Virus genome (UHGV): UHGV-1361924
Length of the DNA: 47,390 nt
Source of the DNA: a virus
Direction: 5' to 3' (one strand)
Of the stretch, positions 26,424 to 36,891 are shown piece by piece. The position numbers were made by a program, and so were the translations under genes. The first letter of the stretch is position 1; every line of letters begins with the position of its first letter. The notes beneath the pieces are model-generated. The model was not told the DNA's origin, did not search any database, and was given only the letters and a program-made list of their open reading frames with translations.

Positions 26424-29347
26424 TGGCAGAAGAAGTTGGCGGCATTGTCTATGAGGTTGGCATGGAGGTCTCTGGCCTCACTGCTGGCGCTAAACAGGCA
26501 GAGGATGCACTTGACAGCATCGATAAGTCAGCGCAGAACTCATCAAAAAGCATGGATAAGCTGGATGGTGCGGCATCATCATCTGGCAAAGAGCTTTCAG
26601 CCCTGGCAAAAATTGTAAGCTCCATTGATGCAACTCTGAAGGATATGGCTTCATCGTCTAAGACTGCCGCCAGCTCAGTAGAAGCTACAACCTCCAGCGT
26701 CACTGGCGCCGAGCAAGTTATTGCATCCCTAAACCAACAGCTTGCACAGATGCAGCAGGCTCAGGTGTCCGCGAACGCAACCGGCCTTGCGCTTCAAAAC
26801 TCAGTCAATCAGGTCACTCAGGCTATTCGCGCTCTTGGCGCTCAGTCCACTGAAACCGGCGGCTCGATATCTGGTATCGACAGGATGATTGAGTCTCTTG
26901 GAAATCAGATTGCCATTCTTGATGAGCAGGCAGAAAAAGGTGCACGTAGCGCTGCTATTCTTGCCGCTCAGTTGCGTGCTGGAGACAGCGCCACGGATTC
27001 ACAAAAAGCAAAAATTGCTGAACTTACCGGCCGCCTTTATGACATGAAAAATGGTACTGAGGCTGCCGGTAAGTCAACTGGAAACTTTAAGAATATCATG
27101 CAGCAGGGCGGCTACCAGATTCAGGACTTCATTGTCCAGGTTCAGGGTGGTCAGTCTGCGCTTGTGGCATTCAGTCAGCAAGGTTCTCAGCTGGCATCCG
27201 TATTTAGCCCTGTTGCCGGTGCGGTGCTGACTATCGCAACGGTTATTGCTGGCACCCTCATTGCTTCCCTTGGCAACGGAAAAAACGCCGTGGACGCGCT
27301 GAAAGAAGCGATTACCACAATGGATAGTGTAGTGTCGGTGTCGTCTTCTGGTGTCGCAGTGTACACCGACAAATTCGCTCAGCTTGCCAAGGTTAACGCC
27401 AGCGTAGCAACGCTTATGCGCCAGCAGGCGCAGCTTGAGTTACAGACAGCGCTTTCCAAGGTATCAGCTGAAGTCACCAAGGCATCCAGCGATTTTATCG
27501 GATTTGGTGACTCGCTTGTGTCATCGCTTGGCGGTGGTTATGCCAGCGTCAAACTGTTCAATGACTACATGTCGCAGTTGAATATCACTACCAACAGCTG
27601 GACGGAGGCTATTAAGCAGGCATCTGCTGCCGGGGAGGGCGGAAAAACCTCAATGAATGGCATGATTGCCACCGTTGGTGCTCTGGCAAGCAAATTCCAG
27701 CTCTCAGACCAGCAGGCTTTCGAGTTTGCGAAACAACTGTCAGACATTGCCAAAAATCCATCAGATGAAAAATTAAAATCGCTGATAGACACCCTGCAAA
27801 AAGTAGGTCAAGGGACTTCAAGTGGCGCTGTTACTGCGCAGGAATACGCAAAGAGGCTACTTGAAATAGCAACCAGCAGCGCAGATGCTACTCAGCGACT
27901 GCGCGTATTGAAACAAATGACGGATGAGCTTACTGACTCTCAGGATAAGGCGCTTCAGCAGGCTAAGCAGACCCTCTTCATTGAGCGACAGACTGGCGTA
28001 GAGAAACAGAAGGCGCTCGCATGGCGTGATGCTGAGAATCAGGGGCTAAAAGCAGGTACTCAGGCATTCCGTGACTATTACAATGTTCGCCTGCAAACCT
28101 ATCAGCAGCAGGAGAAAAATGCACAAGCCCTGAAGGATGAGCGTAGCGCACAAAGTGCTGCGGAATCAGCGGCGAAAAAAGCAGCCACAGAGCAGGAGAA
28201 TATCGCCAATAAACTTGAGCAGCTTCGCCAGAAGTCACTGCTTACCGCTGAAAGTACAAGAGAGCTTAGCCGCGAACAGTCAATACTGGCTGCTCAGCAG
28301 TCTCTTGGAAAGGGAGCCACTCAGGAGCAAATTAACCTCGCCGGGCAATATGCGGCTAAGGCATGGGATAATGCCAACGCGCTCAAGGCTCAGGCAGAGG
28401 CGGAGAAACAAAGGGTCGAAGCTGTAAAGGGCTTCGCTGCATTAAAATCGCAGACATCCCCAATGTTTGCCGTTGAAACAAATTATCAGAAAGATTTAGC
28501 AGCGCTCAATGCTTACGCGGTGGCTTACCCGCAAAAGATAGCGGAGGTTGAACAGGCCAGAGCGGCAATTGAGGAGCAATACCGCCAGCAGCGCCTTGAT
28601 GCCATGTGGCAGGAGTGGAGCCAGCAGAATGCGGCTACGCAAGCAGCAGCTGCTGCATTTGATGCTTTTGGGCAAACCGCAAGCAATGCCTTAACTGGCG
28701 TTCTGACTGGCTCAATGTCTGTTAGCGAGGCGCTACAGTCAATAGGGAGTAATGTGTTAAATGCGGTTATTAACTCTTTCGTTCAGATGGGTGTGGAGTG
28801 GCTTAAATCGGTAATTATGGGACAGGTTGGTATGACCGCAGCTGCAGGAATGGCGGCGGCTCAGGCCCAGCTAATCGCAGCGGCAATGGCACCAGCGGCA
28901 GCAATGACCTCGCTTGCTACAGCTGGTGCGAACGCAATCCCTGCACAGGCTGGCATTGTTTCCACCGTTGGTGTAGCTAAAGCCATGTCGGTTGCCGGGG
29001 CATTAAAGAATGGCGGCCCTGCGCAGGCTGGCTCAATGTATCAGGTCGGTGAGAATAACCTCCCTGAAATCTTCCAGGCCAGTACAGGTAAGCAGTATAT
29101 GATTCCCGGAGATTCAGGTAAGGTTATCAGCAACAAAGACCTTACCGGCGGATCTTCTGGCGGTGGCTTGATTATAAATAATAATGTTTATAATAATTCA
29201 AGCGGAGCAACAGCAACTACCAGTGCCAGAGACAATGGAGATGGATCGGTCACAATTGAAACAATAGTCGCAGATATAGACAACGGAGGCGCTGTTGGGC
29301 AAGCAATTTCAAGGAATTATAGCACCAACAGAAGAGCTACAGAGTAA
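26423..29347 (+). CDS. tape measure protein
   Basis: 974 aa, A/Q-rich coiled-coil, C-terminal Gly-rich hydrophobic segment. Confidence 0.9.
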   Translation: MAEEVGGIVYEVGMEVSGLTAGAKQAEDALDSIDKSAQNSSKSMDKLDGAASSSGKELSALAKIVSSIDATLKDMASSSKTAASSVEATTSSVTGAEQVIASLNQQLAQMQQAQVSANATGLALQNSVNQVTQAIRALGAQSTETGGSISGIDRMIESLGNQIAILDEQAEKGARSAAILAAQLRAGDSATDSQKAKIAELTGRLYDMKNGTEAAGKSTGNFKNIMQQGGYQIQDFIVQVQGGQSALVAFSQQGSQLASVFSPVAGAVLTIATVIAGTLIASLGNGKNAVDALKEAITTMDSVVSVSSSGVAVYTDKFAQLAKVNASVATLMRQQAQLELQTALSKVSAEVTKASSDFIGFGDSLVSSLGGGYASVKLFNDYMSQLNITTNSWTEAIKQASAAGEGGKTSMNGMIATVGALASKFQLSDQQAFEFAKQLSDIAKNPSDEKLKSLIDTLQKVGQGTSSGAVTAQEYAKRLLEIATSSADATQRLRVLKQMTDELTDSQDKALQQAKQTLFIERQTGVEKQKALAWRDAENQGLKAGTQAFRDYYNVRLQTYQQQEKNAQALKDERSAQSAAESAAKKAATEQENIANKLEQLRQKSLLTAESTRELSREQSILAAQQSLGKGATQEQINLAGQYAAKAWDNANALKAQAEAEKQRVEAVKGFAALKSQTSPMFAVETNYQKDLAALNAYAVAYPQKIAEVEQARAAIEEQYRQQRLDAMWQEWSQQNAATQAAAAAFDAFGQTASNALTGVLTGSMSVSEALQSIGSNVLNAVINSFVQMGVEWLKSVIMGQVGMTAAAGMAAAQAQLIAAAMAPAAAMTSLATAGANAIPAQAGIVSTVGVAKAMSVAGALKNGGPAQAGSMYQVGENNLPEIFQASTGKQYMIPGDSGKVISNKDLTGGSSGGGLIINNNVYNNSSGATATTSARDNGDGSVTIETIVADIDNGGAVGQAISRNYSTNRRATE

Positions 29348-29375
29348 AAAAAGCCCCTTATGGGGCTTCTTTCAT
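29347..29375. terminator. bidirectional terminator
   Basis: aaaagcccc-ttat-ggggctt. Confidence 0.65.
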
Positions 29376-30437
29376 TATCTCGCTCATTAATTCAGGTGAG
29401 TATCTTAACCATTCTGTTGCTCCATCAAATCCTGCCAGTCCTGCGCTTTCGTATTTCTTATGATAATACTTTTCAATGCGCATGGCTTCGACTCCGGTTG
29501 TTTTTATCTTTGCTATCAGGTTGAAGTCGAATGGTGTTCCTGATTTAAGTTGCGATAATCTTTTTCTGATTTTATTAGTTATTCCAACCTTAATAATTCC
29601 ATCGGCCATCAAGAAATACACATATCCGGTCAATGATGGATTATATCCACCTTTTGAACAAGAAGGGCAGCCACTACCTTTCATATGTGTATTTGGTGAT
29701 TGCATGAATATCCCATGAATAGGGCAGACTATTTTTACCTTACTCATTACATTTCTATAATCAACAAGATGATAGTCATATCTTGAATCGTGAATTTTAT
29801 TTGATCTGATGATGAACTCACCTACCTTTAAAGTTCTTCCTTCAACTCTAGACTGAATGCCACATGACGGACACCCCTTGCCGTTTACATGTGATATGGC
29901 TCTCTGAGTAAATAACCCGTGTATGTTGCATTTAATATTAACATCGGCATCCATGCCATTAAAATTAGCAGCAGAGTAATCATATCTCAATCCATGTCTA
30001 GAAACAGCCCTAGAAATAAAACTATCAATAGAATGCGTTTTCTTTTCGGATATCCTTTTATATCCGCACAATCTACACCCTAAACCTCCAAGGTGTTTAT
30101 AAGGAAGCTGATTGAAATCCCCATGGGTTGCGCATGTTATTGTTATTTTCGTGTGTGAGTTTATATATTCAACTTTAGAATAATCATAAGAGTCACCATG
30201 TTTTGCAATCGCATCAGCCACAAACTCACGCGTTGTTTTCCTCTTACCTCCAGAGCATGATGGGCACCCGGACCCATTCAAATGAGCACCTGGAGTTTGC
30301 TCAAAATCACCGTGATAATGGCAGGTTATAATTATCTTTATCTTTGAGCCAGTGTACACGGATTTATCATAAATGTACTTATCGCCATGGATGGCTTTAG
30401 CTTTTGCTATAAACTCTTCTGTGGTGAGCTTGCGCAT
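29358..30437 (-). CDS. T5orf172-domain (GIY-YIG-like) protein with four tandem CHC2-like zinc-ribbon repeats; putative homing endonuclease/DNA-binding protein
   Basis: repeat consensus YDY..V.Y.....KI.I.C..HG.F.Q.P..H..G.GCP.C x4; C-terminal GYVYFLMADGIIKVGITNKIRKRLSQL; start at ATG 30437 with GAGG RBS (ORF track start 30500 lacks RBS). Confidence 0.6.
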   Translation of the reverse strand: MRKLTTEEFIAKAKAIHGDKYIYDKSVYTGSKIKIIITCHYHGDFEQTPGAHLNGSGCPSCSGGKRKTTREFVADAIAKHGDSYDYSKVEYINSHTKITITCATHGDFNQLPYKHLGGLGCRLCGYKRISEKKTHSIDSFISRAVSRHGLRYDYSAANFNGMDADVNIKCNIHGLFTQRAISHVNGKGCPSCGIQSRVEGRTLKVGEFIIRSNKIHDSRYDYHLVDYRNVMSKVKIVCPIHGIFMQSPNTHMKGSGCPSCSKGGYNPSLTGYVYFLMADGIIKVGITNKIRKRLSQLKSGTPFDFNLIAKIKTTGVEAMRIEKYYHKKYESAGLAGFDGATEWLRYSPELMSEIMKEAP

Positions 30438-30539
30438 TTGGAATCCTCGGTTAAAGGTGGTTTGAAGTGATGCAGCAGGCGATAACCAATCGCTTTTCAT
30501 CTGGCCGGACTAGCTGCACTTATGATTGTACCATCAACG

Positions 30540-30548
30540 TGCTAAAAT
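30540..30548 (+). promoter_or_regulatory. extended -10 promoter TGcTAAAAT
   Basis: cgtgctaaaat ~15 nt upstream of ATG 30562. Confidence 0.45.
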
Positions 30549-30561
30549 ACAACAACAAGAG

Positions 30562-31047
30562 ATGGAGACTATCATGGCCACAATTCCCTACCCAAGCTGG
30601 TTGCCTTTAGCTCAGAGGTCCAGCAAGAACATGACGACTCAAACGCCGTTCCGCAGCGATCAGCCTGCCGTTGGCGCGCCGATTTTCCAGAAGTTGACAA
30701 CTGACGTTGCGGTAACATGGAGCCTCACCTGGGTTTTTACGCTTCGCCAGGAGCGTGCATTCATCCAGTGGCTGCGGAGTTCGAGATACCTTAACCACTG
30801 CACTGAGTGGTTTACAATGGATATCGACCTTGGCGGCAGCGGACTGCAAACGCAGACCCTGCACTTTACCGATTATCCAGTGCAGACCAGCATTAATGGC
30901 GGACTTGTTACATGGTCTGGCAATGTTATCTGCAAGACTCTCAATAACTCAATGGATGATTTTGATGATGTTCTCGTTGAGCTTGATGAGAGATGGTTTT
31001 CATGGCTTGATGAAGTCGTTAACAGGGATTTGCCGGAGTATCCATAA
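30562..31047 (+). CDS. minor tail protein (distal tail/gpM-like position)
   Basis: first gene after TMP block. Confidence 0.45.
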   Translation: METIMATIPYPSWLPLAQRSSKNMTTQTPFRSDQPAVGAPIFQKLTTDVAVTWSLTWVFTLRQERAFIQWLRSSRYLNHCTEWFTMDIDLGGSGLQTQTLHFTDYPVQTSINGGLVTWSGNVICKTLNNSMDDFDDVLVELDERWFSWLDEVVNRDLPEYP

Positions 31048-31517
31048 TGCCAACATTGCGTGAATACCAGTCAAAAAGGCCAAACTGGAAGCTGTATGAC
31101 ACCATAACCTTTTATCACTCTTCATTTGGTTACGTCCGGCTAGTTGGCAATGAGTTTTCTGATGTTGTGCTTGGTGGTCAGACTTACCAGCCAGTGCGCA
31201 TGGATGTAACCAGAAGCCAGCAATCAAACACGCCGGTAATCAATGCCACGCTGAAGTTTGCGAGACTGGCAAATGACTTTAAGCAATATCTGAAGCTCTG
31301 GACTGGCTCCGGAAGGATTGAGCCAATCACTGCGCTTTATCAGCGCTTTGATGAAACTGACAAGAACACACCACTGAAGCCGTACACACTTTACGTTAAC
31401 GATGTGACGCTTGATCAGTCTGATGTGACTGTCTCCATTTCCATCAAAAACCCCATTAACGGCAACGTGGCAAAACTTTATGACATCACAGAATTCCCTG
31501 GACTGCGCACAATTTGA
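31047..31517 (+). CDS. minor tail protein
   Basis: 156 aa, ATGA coupling. Confidence 0.45.
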   Translation: MPTLREYQSKRPNWKLYDTITFYHSSFGYVRLVGNEFSDVVLGGQTYQPVRMDVTRSQQSNTPVINATLKFARLANDFKQYLKLWTGSGRIEPITALYQRFDETDKNTPLKPYTLYVNDVTLDQSDVTVSISIKNPINGNVAKLYDITEFPGLRTI

Positions 31518-31929
31518 GTCGCTTATGCTTGGCAAGCCATATGTTGACAGGTGCTGCCATGAGGATGCAGTGGATTGCTGGGGTCTTGTGGTTCTCTTTT
31601 ATCGCCTTTGTCATGGGATAAACGTTCACCACGATGATTCATATTCAACGGGTGGTGACTTTGTCACCTGCTTTGATAGCGAGGTTGAATTCTGGCGAGA
31701 AACCACGACACCGAAAGTTGGCGATGTGGTTGTTGCATATCGCGGAAGTCATCCGGTACATGTCGCGCTGTGGTGGGGTCGTGATAAAATACTTCATGCG
31801 CGAGAGAAGGCGGCGGTCAAAGCAGATCGCCTGCGAACACTCGAAAAACTATCAACAAAATTAAGGTTTCTGACTTATGCCGGTGATTCACATTCAGAAA
31901 ATGCCAGGGGTGCCAAAGGAAACGGGTAA
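31480..31929 (+). CDS. tail assembly protein, NlpC/P60-like (gpK-like C-terminal domain)
   Basis: [11 protein letters not shown] Cys nucleophile context, His downstream. Confidence 0.5.
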   Translation: MTSQNSLDCAQFESLMLGKPYVDRCCHEDAVDCWGLVVLFYRLCHGINVHHDDSYSTGGDFVTCFDSEVEFWRETTTPKVGDVVVAYRGSHPVHVALWWGRDKILHAREKAAVKADRLRTLEKLSTKLRFLTYAGDSHSENARGAKGNG

Positions 31930-34357
31930 TGTGGCAACAGGTACTAACCTGTGGCGCTGGCTTGAAAGCTCTGGCCTGCCAGCTGATATCCGCATAGCAC
32001 TCAACGGGCGCATTTTTGGCCCTGATGATGAACTTTCCATTGCGCTAAAACAGAATGATATTGTTAACATTTACTGTCAGCCTCGCGGAGCCATTGGCGA
32101 TCTTATCAGCACGATACTCAAGCCTGTAACTAAGGTTCTTTCTTTTCTGCTGCCAAAGGCATCAACGCCATCGACCAGCACTGGCACGACGGTTGAATCA
32201 CCGAATAACAGCCTGAAGTCGCAAACCAATATTGCGCGAAACGGAGAGGCAAGACCTGACAACTTCGGTCAGATAAGGGCATTCCCTGACCTGATTCAGG
32301 AATCGCTTTTTGAATACATTGACGATCTGAAGTACGTCACTGAGTTCATGAACTTTGGCCTTGGGAAATACACCATTTCATCGGTTCGCTATGCGGAAAC
32401 TAATCTTGGTTCTCTGCCCGGGGCCACTCATGTCATCTACAATCCAGGTGATGTGATTGGACAAATAATTGAGCCTTACCAGTTCGACGGACTTGATGGT
32501 CAGGAGGTTCCAGGGCTAAACGAGTCAGAGGACACCCCGATAGAGACAGCGACCACGACATCTGTTACCAGTGGCGATTATGCTGGCGGTCAGCTGTTAA
32601 TGGTCATACCAAAAAACACTGATTTCGATTACTTTATGGGTCTCTCTTTGCCGCACTCTGTGTCATTAACAATAAATATTACCTACAACTCGACATCCGG
32701 GCCAGTTACTGAAAATATCCAGCTTAGTGGCAACATCATTTCAGCTGAGGAAACTGAGACAGGCGTCATTCCTGATATTCAGTATTTCTATAATTTCACC
32801 TTCAATAACCTGACCGGCGCAAATCTTGGCAACCTGACAGGAGCAACCATCAACAACACTTATTTCCAGATTGTGGATAATGAGGCGCTTGTTGTTGGCC
32901 CATATGTTGGAGCCGTGGAATCGACGCAGGTATGGGTTCACGTTCAGTCTGAGCTTGGGCCTACCAGTGGCACGGCGGATTATCTGATCAAGGTATGGGC
33001 GGTTGATGATAATGGGGATGCCATCCCAGGAACCGAGGAGCAGCTTGCAGACAGTATTGACAACCCATTCAATCAGACAACCAAAACCTATTATCGCACG
33101 TATAAGTTAACTCCTGCTTATGGGCTGGCTAAGTATGCCATCAGCATTGAAAGAACAAACAACTCAAACTCTGGCAACCGCGTAACGTTGCAGGCGGCGC
33201 ACGCCATCAACATCCGCGAGAATGTAGTTTATCCTGATGACACCCTTGTTAAAGTCACGGTGAAGGCCACGCTTCAGCCCACATCAGTTACTGAGCGCAA
33301 ATATAATGCGCTGATCACCCGCTGGACTATTGGATACAATAGAACAACCGCGGCAGTCGACTATACGTTAACGCCATCAAGAAGTTTTGCAGATTCAGTG
33401 CTGCATAACTGGCTTATTACTGCTGGTCAGCCTGAAAGCACGATTGACGTGGGAAGATTATATGAAATAGCTGATGCGCTGCCTGATGAGCGTCTTGGGT
33501 ACTTTGATTACACCTTTGACGATGAGGATAAGTCCATTGGTGAGCGAATCCAGACCATCTGTGATGCCGCTCGCGTAACTGTATTTTGGGATGATGGCGT
33601 CTTGTCTTTCTCAAGAGATGAGCAAAAATCAACCCCTGAAACTGTGTTTAATACCAGAAACACGCAGGCTGATGGCTATAAAATGTCTTATGACATGACT
33701 TTGCCAGGCTCATATGATGGCGTAAGCGTTCAGTACCGCGACCCAAACACAAACAAACAGGCTTACGTTTATTATAAAGTTGGGGTATCTGGTATCGAAC
33801 CTGGAGAGCCAACTAAGCCGAAAAAATTCGACATGCTATATGTTCGAAACCTGTATCAGGCAACAGACAGGGCTATGCTTGAATGCAATCGCCTTATGTA
33901 CTCACGTCGCGGAATGGAGATAAAAGCGCTTGCCGATGGAGAGTGGGTAAACGTTGGCGATATGATTTCCGTTGTCGACATTTATGATTCAGTGCAGCAG
34001 ACTGGCGTTATCCGTTCAAGGTCTGGAAACGTATTTACCACCAGTGAACAGCTCACAGCAGGAAGCGGCCTGTTTGTGGTCATCACTGGCGCCAATGGGA
34101 ATGTGTCAGAACGCCTGGCTTGTACCGTTACTGGATTGAATACATTCGAGTGCGCATTACCATCTGATTTCGAGTTAAACATTTTTGACGGTGTTAATGT
34201 TCAGTCAGAATCAAGATATGCCATCTCAACAGAGGTTGAGCTTGACTCAACCTTATGGACAGTGAGTCAAAAAACTCCAGGTACTGATGGCACAGTGTCT
34301 CTTACAGTAACTGAGTACAGTGACGCTATGTACGCCTACACCAACCCTGTTGCATGA
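31877..34357 (+). CDS. tail tip/host-specificity protein (gpJ-like) with N-terminal gpI-like ubiquitin-like domain
   Basis: 826 aa; N-term 70 aa resembles lambda I C-terminus pattern; position. Confidence 0.55.
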   Translation: MPVIHIQKMPGVPKETGNVATGTNLWRWLESSGLPADIRIALNGRIFGPDDELSIALKQNDIVNIYCQPRGAIGDLISTILKPVTKVLSFLLPKASTPSTSTGTTVESPNNSLKSQTNIARNGEARPDNFGQIRAFPDLIQESLFEYIDDLKYVTEFMNFGLGKYTISSVRYAETNLGSLPGATHVIYNPGDVIGQIIEPYQFDGLDGQEVPGLNESEDTPIETATTTSVTSGDYAGGQLLMVIPKNTDFDYFMGLSLPHSVSLTINITYNSTSGPVTENIQLSGNIISAEETETGVIPDIQYFYNFTFNNLTGANLGNLTGATINNTYFQIVDNEALVVGPYVGAVESTQVWVHVQSELGPTSGTADYLIKVWAVDDNGDAIPGTEEQLADSIDNPFNQTTKTYYRTYKLTPAYGLAKYAISIERTNNSNSGNRVTLQAAHAINIRENVVYPDDTLVKVTVKATLQPTSVTERKYNALITRWTIGYNRTTAAVDYTLTPSRSFADSVLHNWLITAGQPESTIDVGRLYEIADALPDERLGYFDYTFDDEDKSIGERIQTICDAARVTVFWDDGVLSFSRDEQKSTPETVFNTRNTQADGYKMSYDMTLPGSYDGVSVQYRDPNTNKQAYVYYKVGVSGIEPGEPTKPKKFDMLYVRNLYQATDRAMLECNRLMYSRRGMEIKALADGEWVNVGDMISVVDIYDSVQQTGVIRSRSGNVFTTSEQLTAGSGLFVVITGANGNVSERLACTVTGLNTFECALPSDFELNIFDGVNVQSESRYAISTEVELDSTLWTVSQKTPGTDGTVSLTVTEYSDAMYAYTNPVA

Positions 34358-34395
34358 TACAATAGGGCAATTAATGATTACGGAGATTGCAGCCG

Positions 34396-36786
34396 ATGGC
34401 TACTACCCCAACTAACAAGCCAATCCCTTCTGAAGACCCGCGCGACCTGAAGTTTAACGCCGGGAAGATTGATGAAGAGGTCAACGGAAGTGCTGATTAC
34501 TACACCGACCGATTCGGCATGCAGAGGCTGACGAATACAGGAAGGAATAATCAGTTTCAGGAGGCGCAGGACCAAAGGGAGTCTGATTTCGTTGCGTCAC
34601 AAGTGGATAAAGAAGCGCGTTTTCAGCAATTTCTTTTAAGCTCTGGATATCAGTTTCTTGGTGATTATGAAAATGGGCCATACACAATTGCAGCTCGCAA
34701 TCAGATTATTCGTTATCAGAATGAATTCTGGCGTTTAAATGCGTCCACCAATCCACCATACACGACCACTGGTGTTAATAGTACGTCGTGGGCCACCGAT
34801 GTCACGCATCTGGTGAGCGTTGGTGATGCTAATTTACGTCAGGAGTTATATCAACCTACAGGGTTAGGTTTGATAGGTCAGTGCTCGACTATATCAGCTT
34901 TAAGAAACATAGCATTTAATCAGGTAGGGCAGCAGGTTTTTGTAAAAGAACATACCTCCGGGCAAAATGCCGGCGGAGGTATTTTCTACTGTCACGCCCT
35001 CACATCGTCAAGTGAGGTGGATGATAACGGTTTTCAGATTATAAATAATTTTGGGCAGGTTATTCGCAGGAAAGACCCCACTATACTATCTGCCGAAATG
35101 TTCGGATACATCCCAGACTTTAATGGAACCACCCAGACAGGCACCGACAACGCCCCAGCTATTCGCAACGCTATTAAGGCGGCTATTACTTTTAAGTACA
35201 CCAAGGTTGTGCTTCCTGCAGGCGCAGCTCTAGTGGATGTTACTTCTGCCGACATCAACTTAGGTGGTCAGGGGTACAGTGGAGTGAACGGCGTGCGCGT
35301 ACAGGGTCAGGGGCAGCAGAGCACCAGGCTATTTGTTAGGGGCCCTCTTAACTCTGTATGCTTCTCGAATATAGGCGGTAGCGGCTCAAGCTCTTATAAG
35401 TCCATATCCGGGCTGACTCTTATTTGTACTACAGATAGTACTAGAAACGTAATCCTATACCGGATGCAGGGTTGCTGTATGTCTCATAACCACGACCTAT
35501 ACATATTAAACGGGTTGATTGGCGTACAGTATTATAACGCACCAAGTGCCGGTACGTTTACCGAGTTTAACACCTTAAGCTACAGTCGTGTGCAGGGGTG
35601 TCTGTATAATATCAGTTTTGATGTTAACGGTGGCGACAATAGTTTCCACGGAAACTCCTTTGTTAACGTCCAAAACCAGATCCTTGCAGGGGCAACATAC
35701 GGCGCTGGTGTTCGGGTACTTGGTTCGACAGCGCCAGCGTATCTGTACAATCAGACATGGGACATGAAATTCTTTGGCGGTACAAACTGTCGGGCTTTTC
35801 TACTGACAAACTGTAACACCGATAACTTATACGGTAATTTGACTTTCGAAGGAAACATAATTTGCGAAACGACTGATGATTCATATTTCGAGTTTAAAGG
35901 GAATCTGGCTGGTATAAGCGGCACGACATTTACTGTAGCCACACCAACAACAACAAGAGCAGCCAACTTTGTGTTTAATAACACGCTGTCGAATTTTAGT
36001 GCTTTCACCAATGGAACACTATCCTCGTATAGCCCCCGCCTATATAATCCAGAGCTAGCGGATACTACAGATAACGGGGTATCCGCCTCCCTGTGGCGCG
36101 TGCGCAACTCCACAGGTGATGGTATTCTATTTAATTCTTTTTCAGGTAGTCCTGGGTGGTTCTTCACAACCACCGCAGTTAATCAACGCATACAAAGCGC
36201 GTCACCAAAATACTCATTTGGGCCAGATGGTAATAATATTACCGCGTACAGCGCGACTTTATATTTAAACCCCAACAATTCGACGTATGGCGTGCAGCTA
36301 TCAGCAGAAAATGCGAGATTCTCCCCCAGAGAAGATAACGTAATGTCGTGCGGGTCTGGGGGCTTTAGATGGACTCAGCTTTTTGCGACTAACAGCACAA
36401 TAGGAACATCTGATAAACGTAAGAAGACCAACCTGCGCCAGATATATGATGCAGAAGTGGATGCTTTCTATGAAATAGGTCTCCTTGATTCGGTGTGGCA
36501 ATGGCTTGAAAAGTATCAGATCGAGGGTGATGATGCTCGGTTGCATTCCGGGCCTACAGTACAAGACGCCATTGCCATTATGGAAGATTACGGTCTTGAC
36601 TGGTCAAGTTACGCCTGTTTCGTTCATACTTCCATCCCTGAGCACGTCGATGCAGAAGGTATTGCGCAACCGGCAGTTGATGAGTACGCATTCAGAAAAG
36701 AGGAGCTACTTTTTTGGATTTCCAGATCTATAGTTGCTAAGCAGCAAGACATATTAGCGCGTCTTGATGCGCTTGAAGCTAAGTAA
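34396..36786 (+). CDS. tail fibre/tailspike: conserved siphophage fibre N-terminus, parallel beta-helix, C-terminal S74-type intramolecular chaperone
   Basis: N-term SEDPRDLKFNAGKIDE; beta-helix-like repeats NISFDVNGGDNSFHGNSFVN...; C-term TSDKRKK...chaperone; ATG 34396 with GGAG RBS (ORF track start 34387 is TTG). Confidence 0.65.
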   Translation: MATTPTNKPIPSEDPRDLKFNAGKIDEEVNGSADYYTDRFGMQRLTNTGRNNQFQEAQDQRESDFVASQVDKEARFQQFLLSSGYQFLGDYENGPYTIAARNQIIRYQNEFWRLNASTNPPYTTTGVNSTSWATDVTHLVSVGDANLRQELYQPTGLGLIGQCSTISALRNIAFNQVGQQVFVKEHTSGQNAGGGIFYCHALTSSSEVDDNGFQIINNFGQVIRRKDPTILSAEMFGYIPDFNGTTQTGTDNAPAIRNAIKAAITFKYTKVVLPAGAALVDVTSADINLGGQGYSGVNGVRVQGQGQQSTRLFVRGPLNSVCFSNIGGSGSSSYKSISGLTLICTTDSTRNVILYRMQGCCMSHNHDLYILNGLIGVQYYNAPSAGTFTEFNTLSYSRVQGCLYNISFDVNGGDNSFHGNSFVNVQNQILAGATYGAGVRVLGSTAPAYLYNQTWDMKFFGGTNCRAFLLTNCNTDNLYGNLTFEGNIICETTDDSYFEFKGNLAGISGTTFTVATPTTTRAANFVFNNTLSNFSAFTNGTLSSYSPRLYNPELADTTDNGVSASLWRVRNSTGDGILFNSFSGSPGWFFTTTAVNQRIQSASPKYSFGPDGNNITAYSATLYLNPNNSTYGVQLSAENARFSPREDNVMSCGSGGFRWTQLFATNSTIGTSDKRKKTNLRQIYDAEVDAFYEIGLLDSVWQWLEKYQIEGDDARLHSGPTVQDAIAIMEDYGLDWSSYACFVHTSIPEHVDAEGIAQPAVDEYAFRKEELLFWISRSIVAKQQDILARLDALEAK

Positions 36787-36788
36787 TT

Positions 36789-36816
36789 AAAAAAGGGCCT
36801 TGCGGCCCTTTCTTCA
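36789..36816 (-). terminator. rho-independent terminator (strongest on minus strand), ends replication operon
   Basis: minus reads gggccgcaaggccc + tttttt. Confidence 0.7.
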
Positions 36817-36891
36817 TTAAAACGGAATATCATCATCAAAATCCATCGGCGGCTCATTTGCTGGTGGTTTTGGTATGTTTGATGGTTTCAT
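36817..36891 (-). CDS. 24-aa peptide identical at C-terminus to E. coli SSB acidic tail (NEPPMDFDDDIPF); in frame with VRR-NUC behind a single TGA
   Basis: MKPSNIPKPPANEPPMDFDDDIPF; TGAATG junction with upstream gene; followed directly by terminator. Confidence 0.45.
   Translation of the reverse strand: MKPSNIPKPPANEPPMDFDDDIPF

Noticed and set aside
26436-28427. Several 60-96 codon ORFs on both strands inside the tape measure gene
   Set aside because: They lie entirely within a 974-codon ORF with consistent coiled-coil composition. They are typical spurious antisense or alternate-frame ORFs in GC-skewed repeats.
34387-34395. TTG start given by the ORF track for the tail fibre
   Set aside because: ATG at 34396 has a GGAG RBS 9 nt upstream, so the shorter start is preferred.
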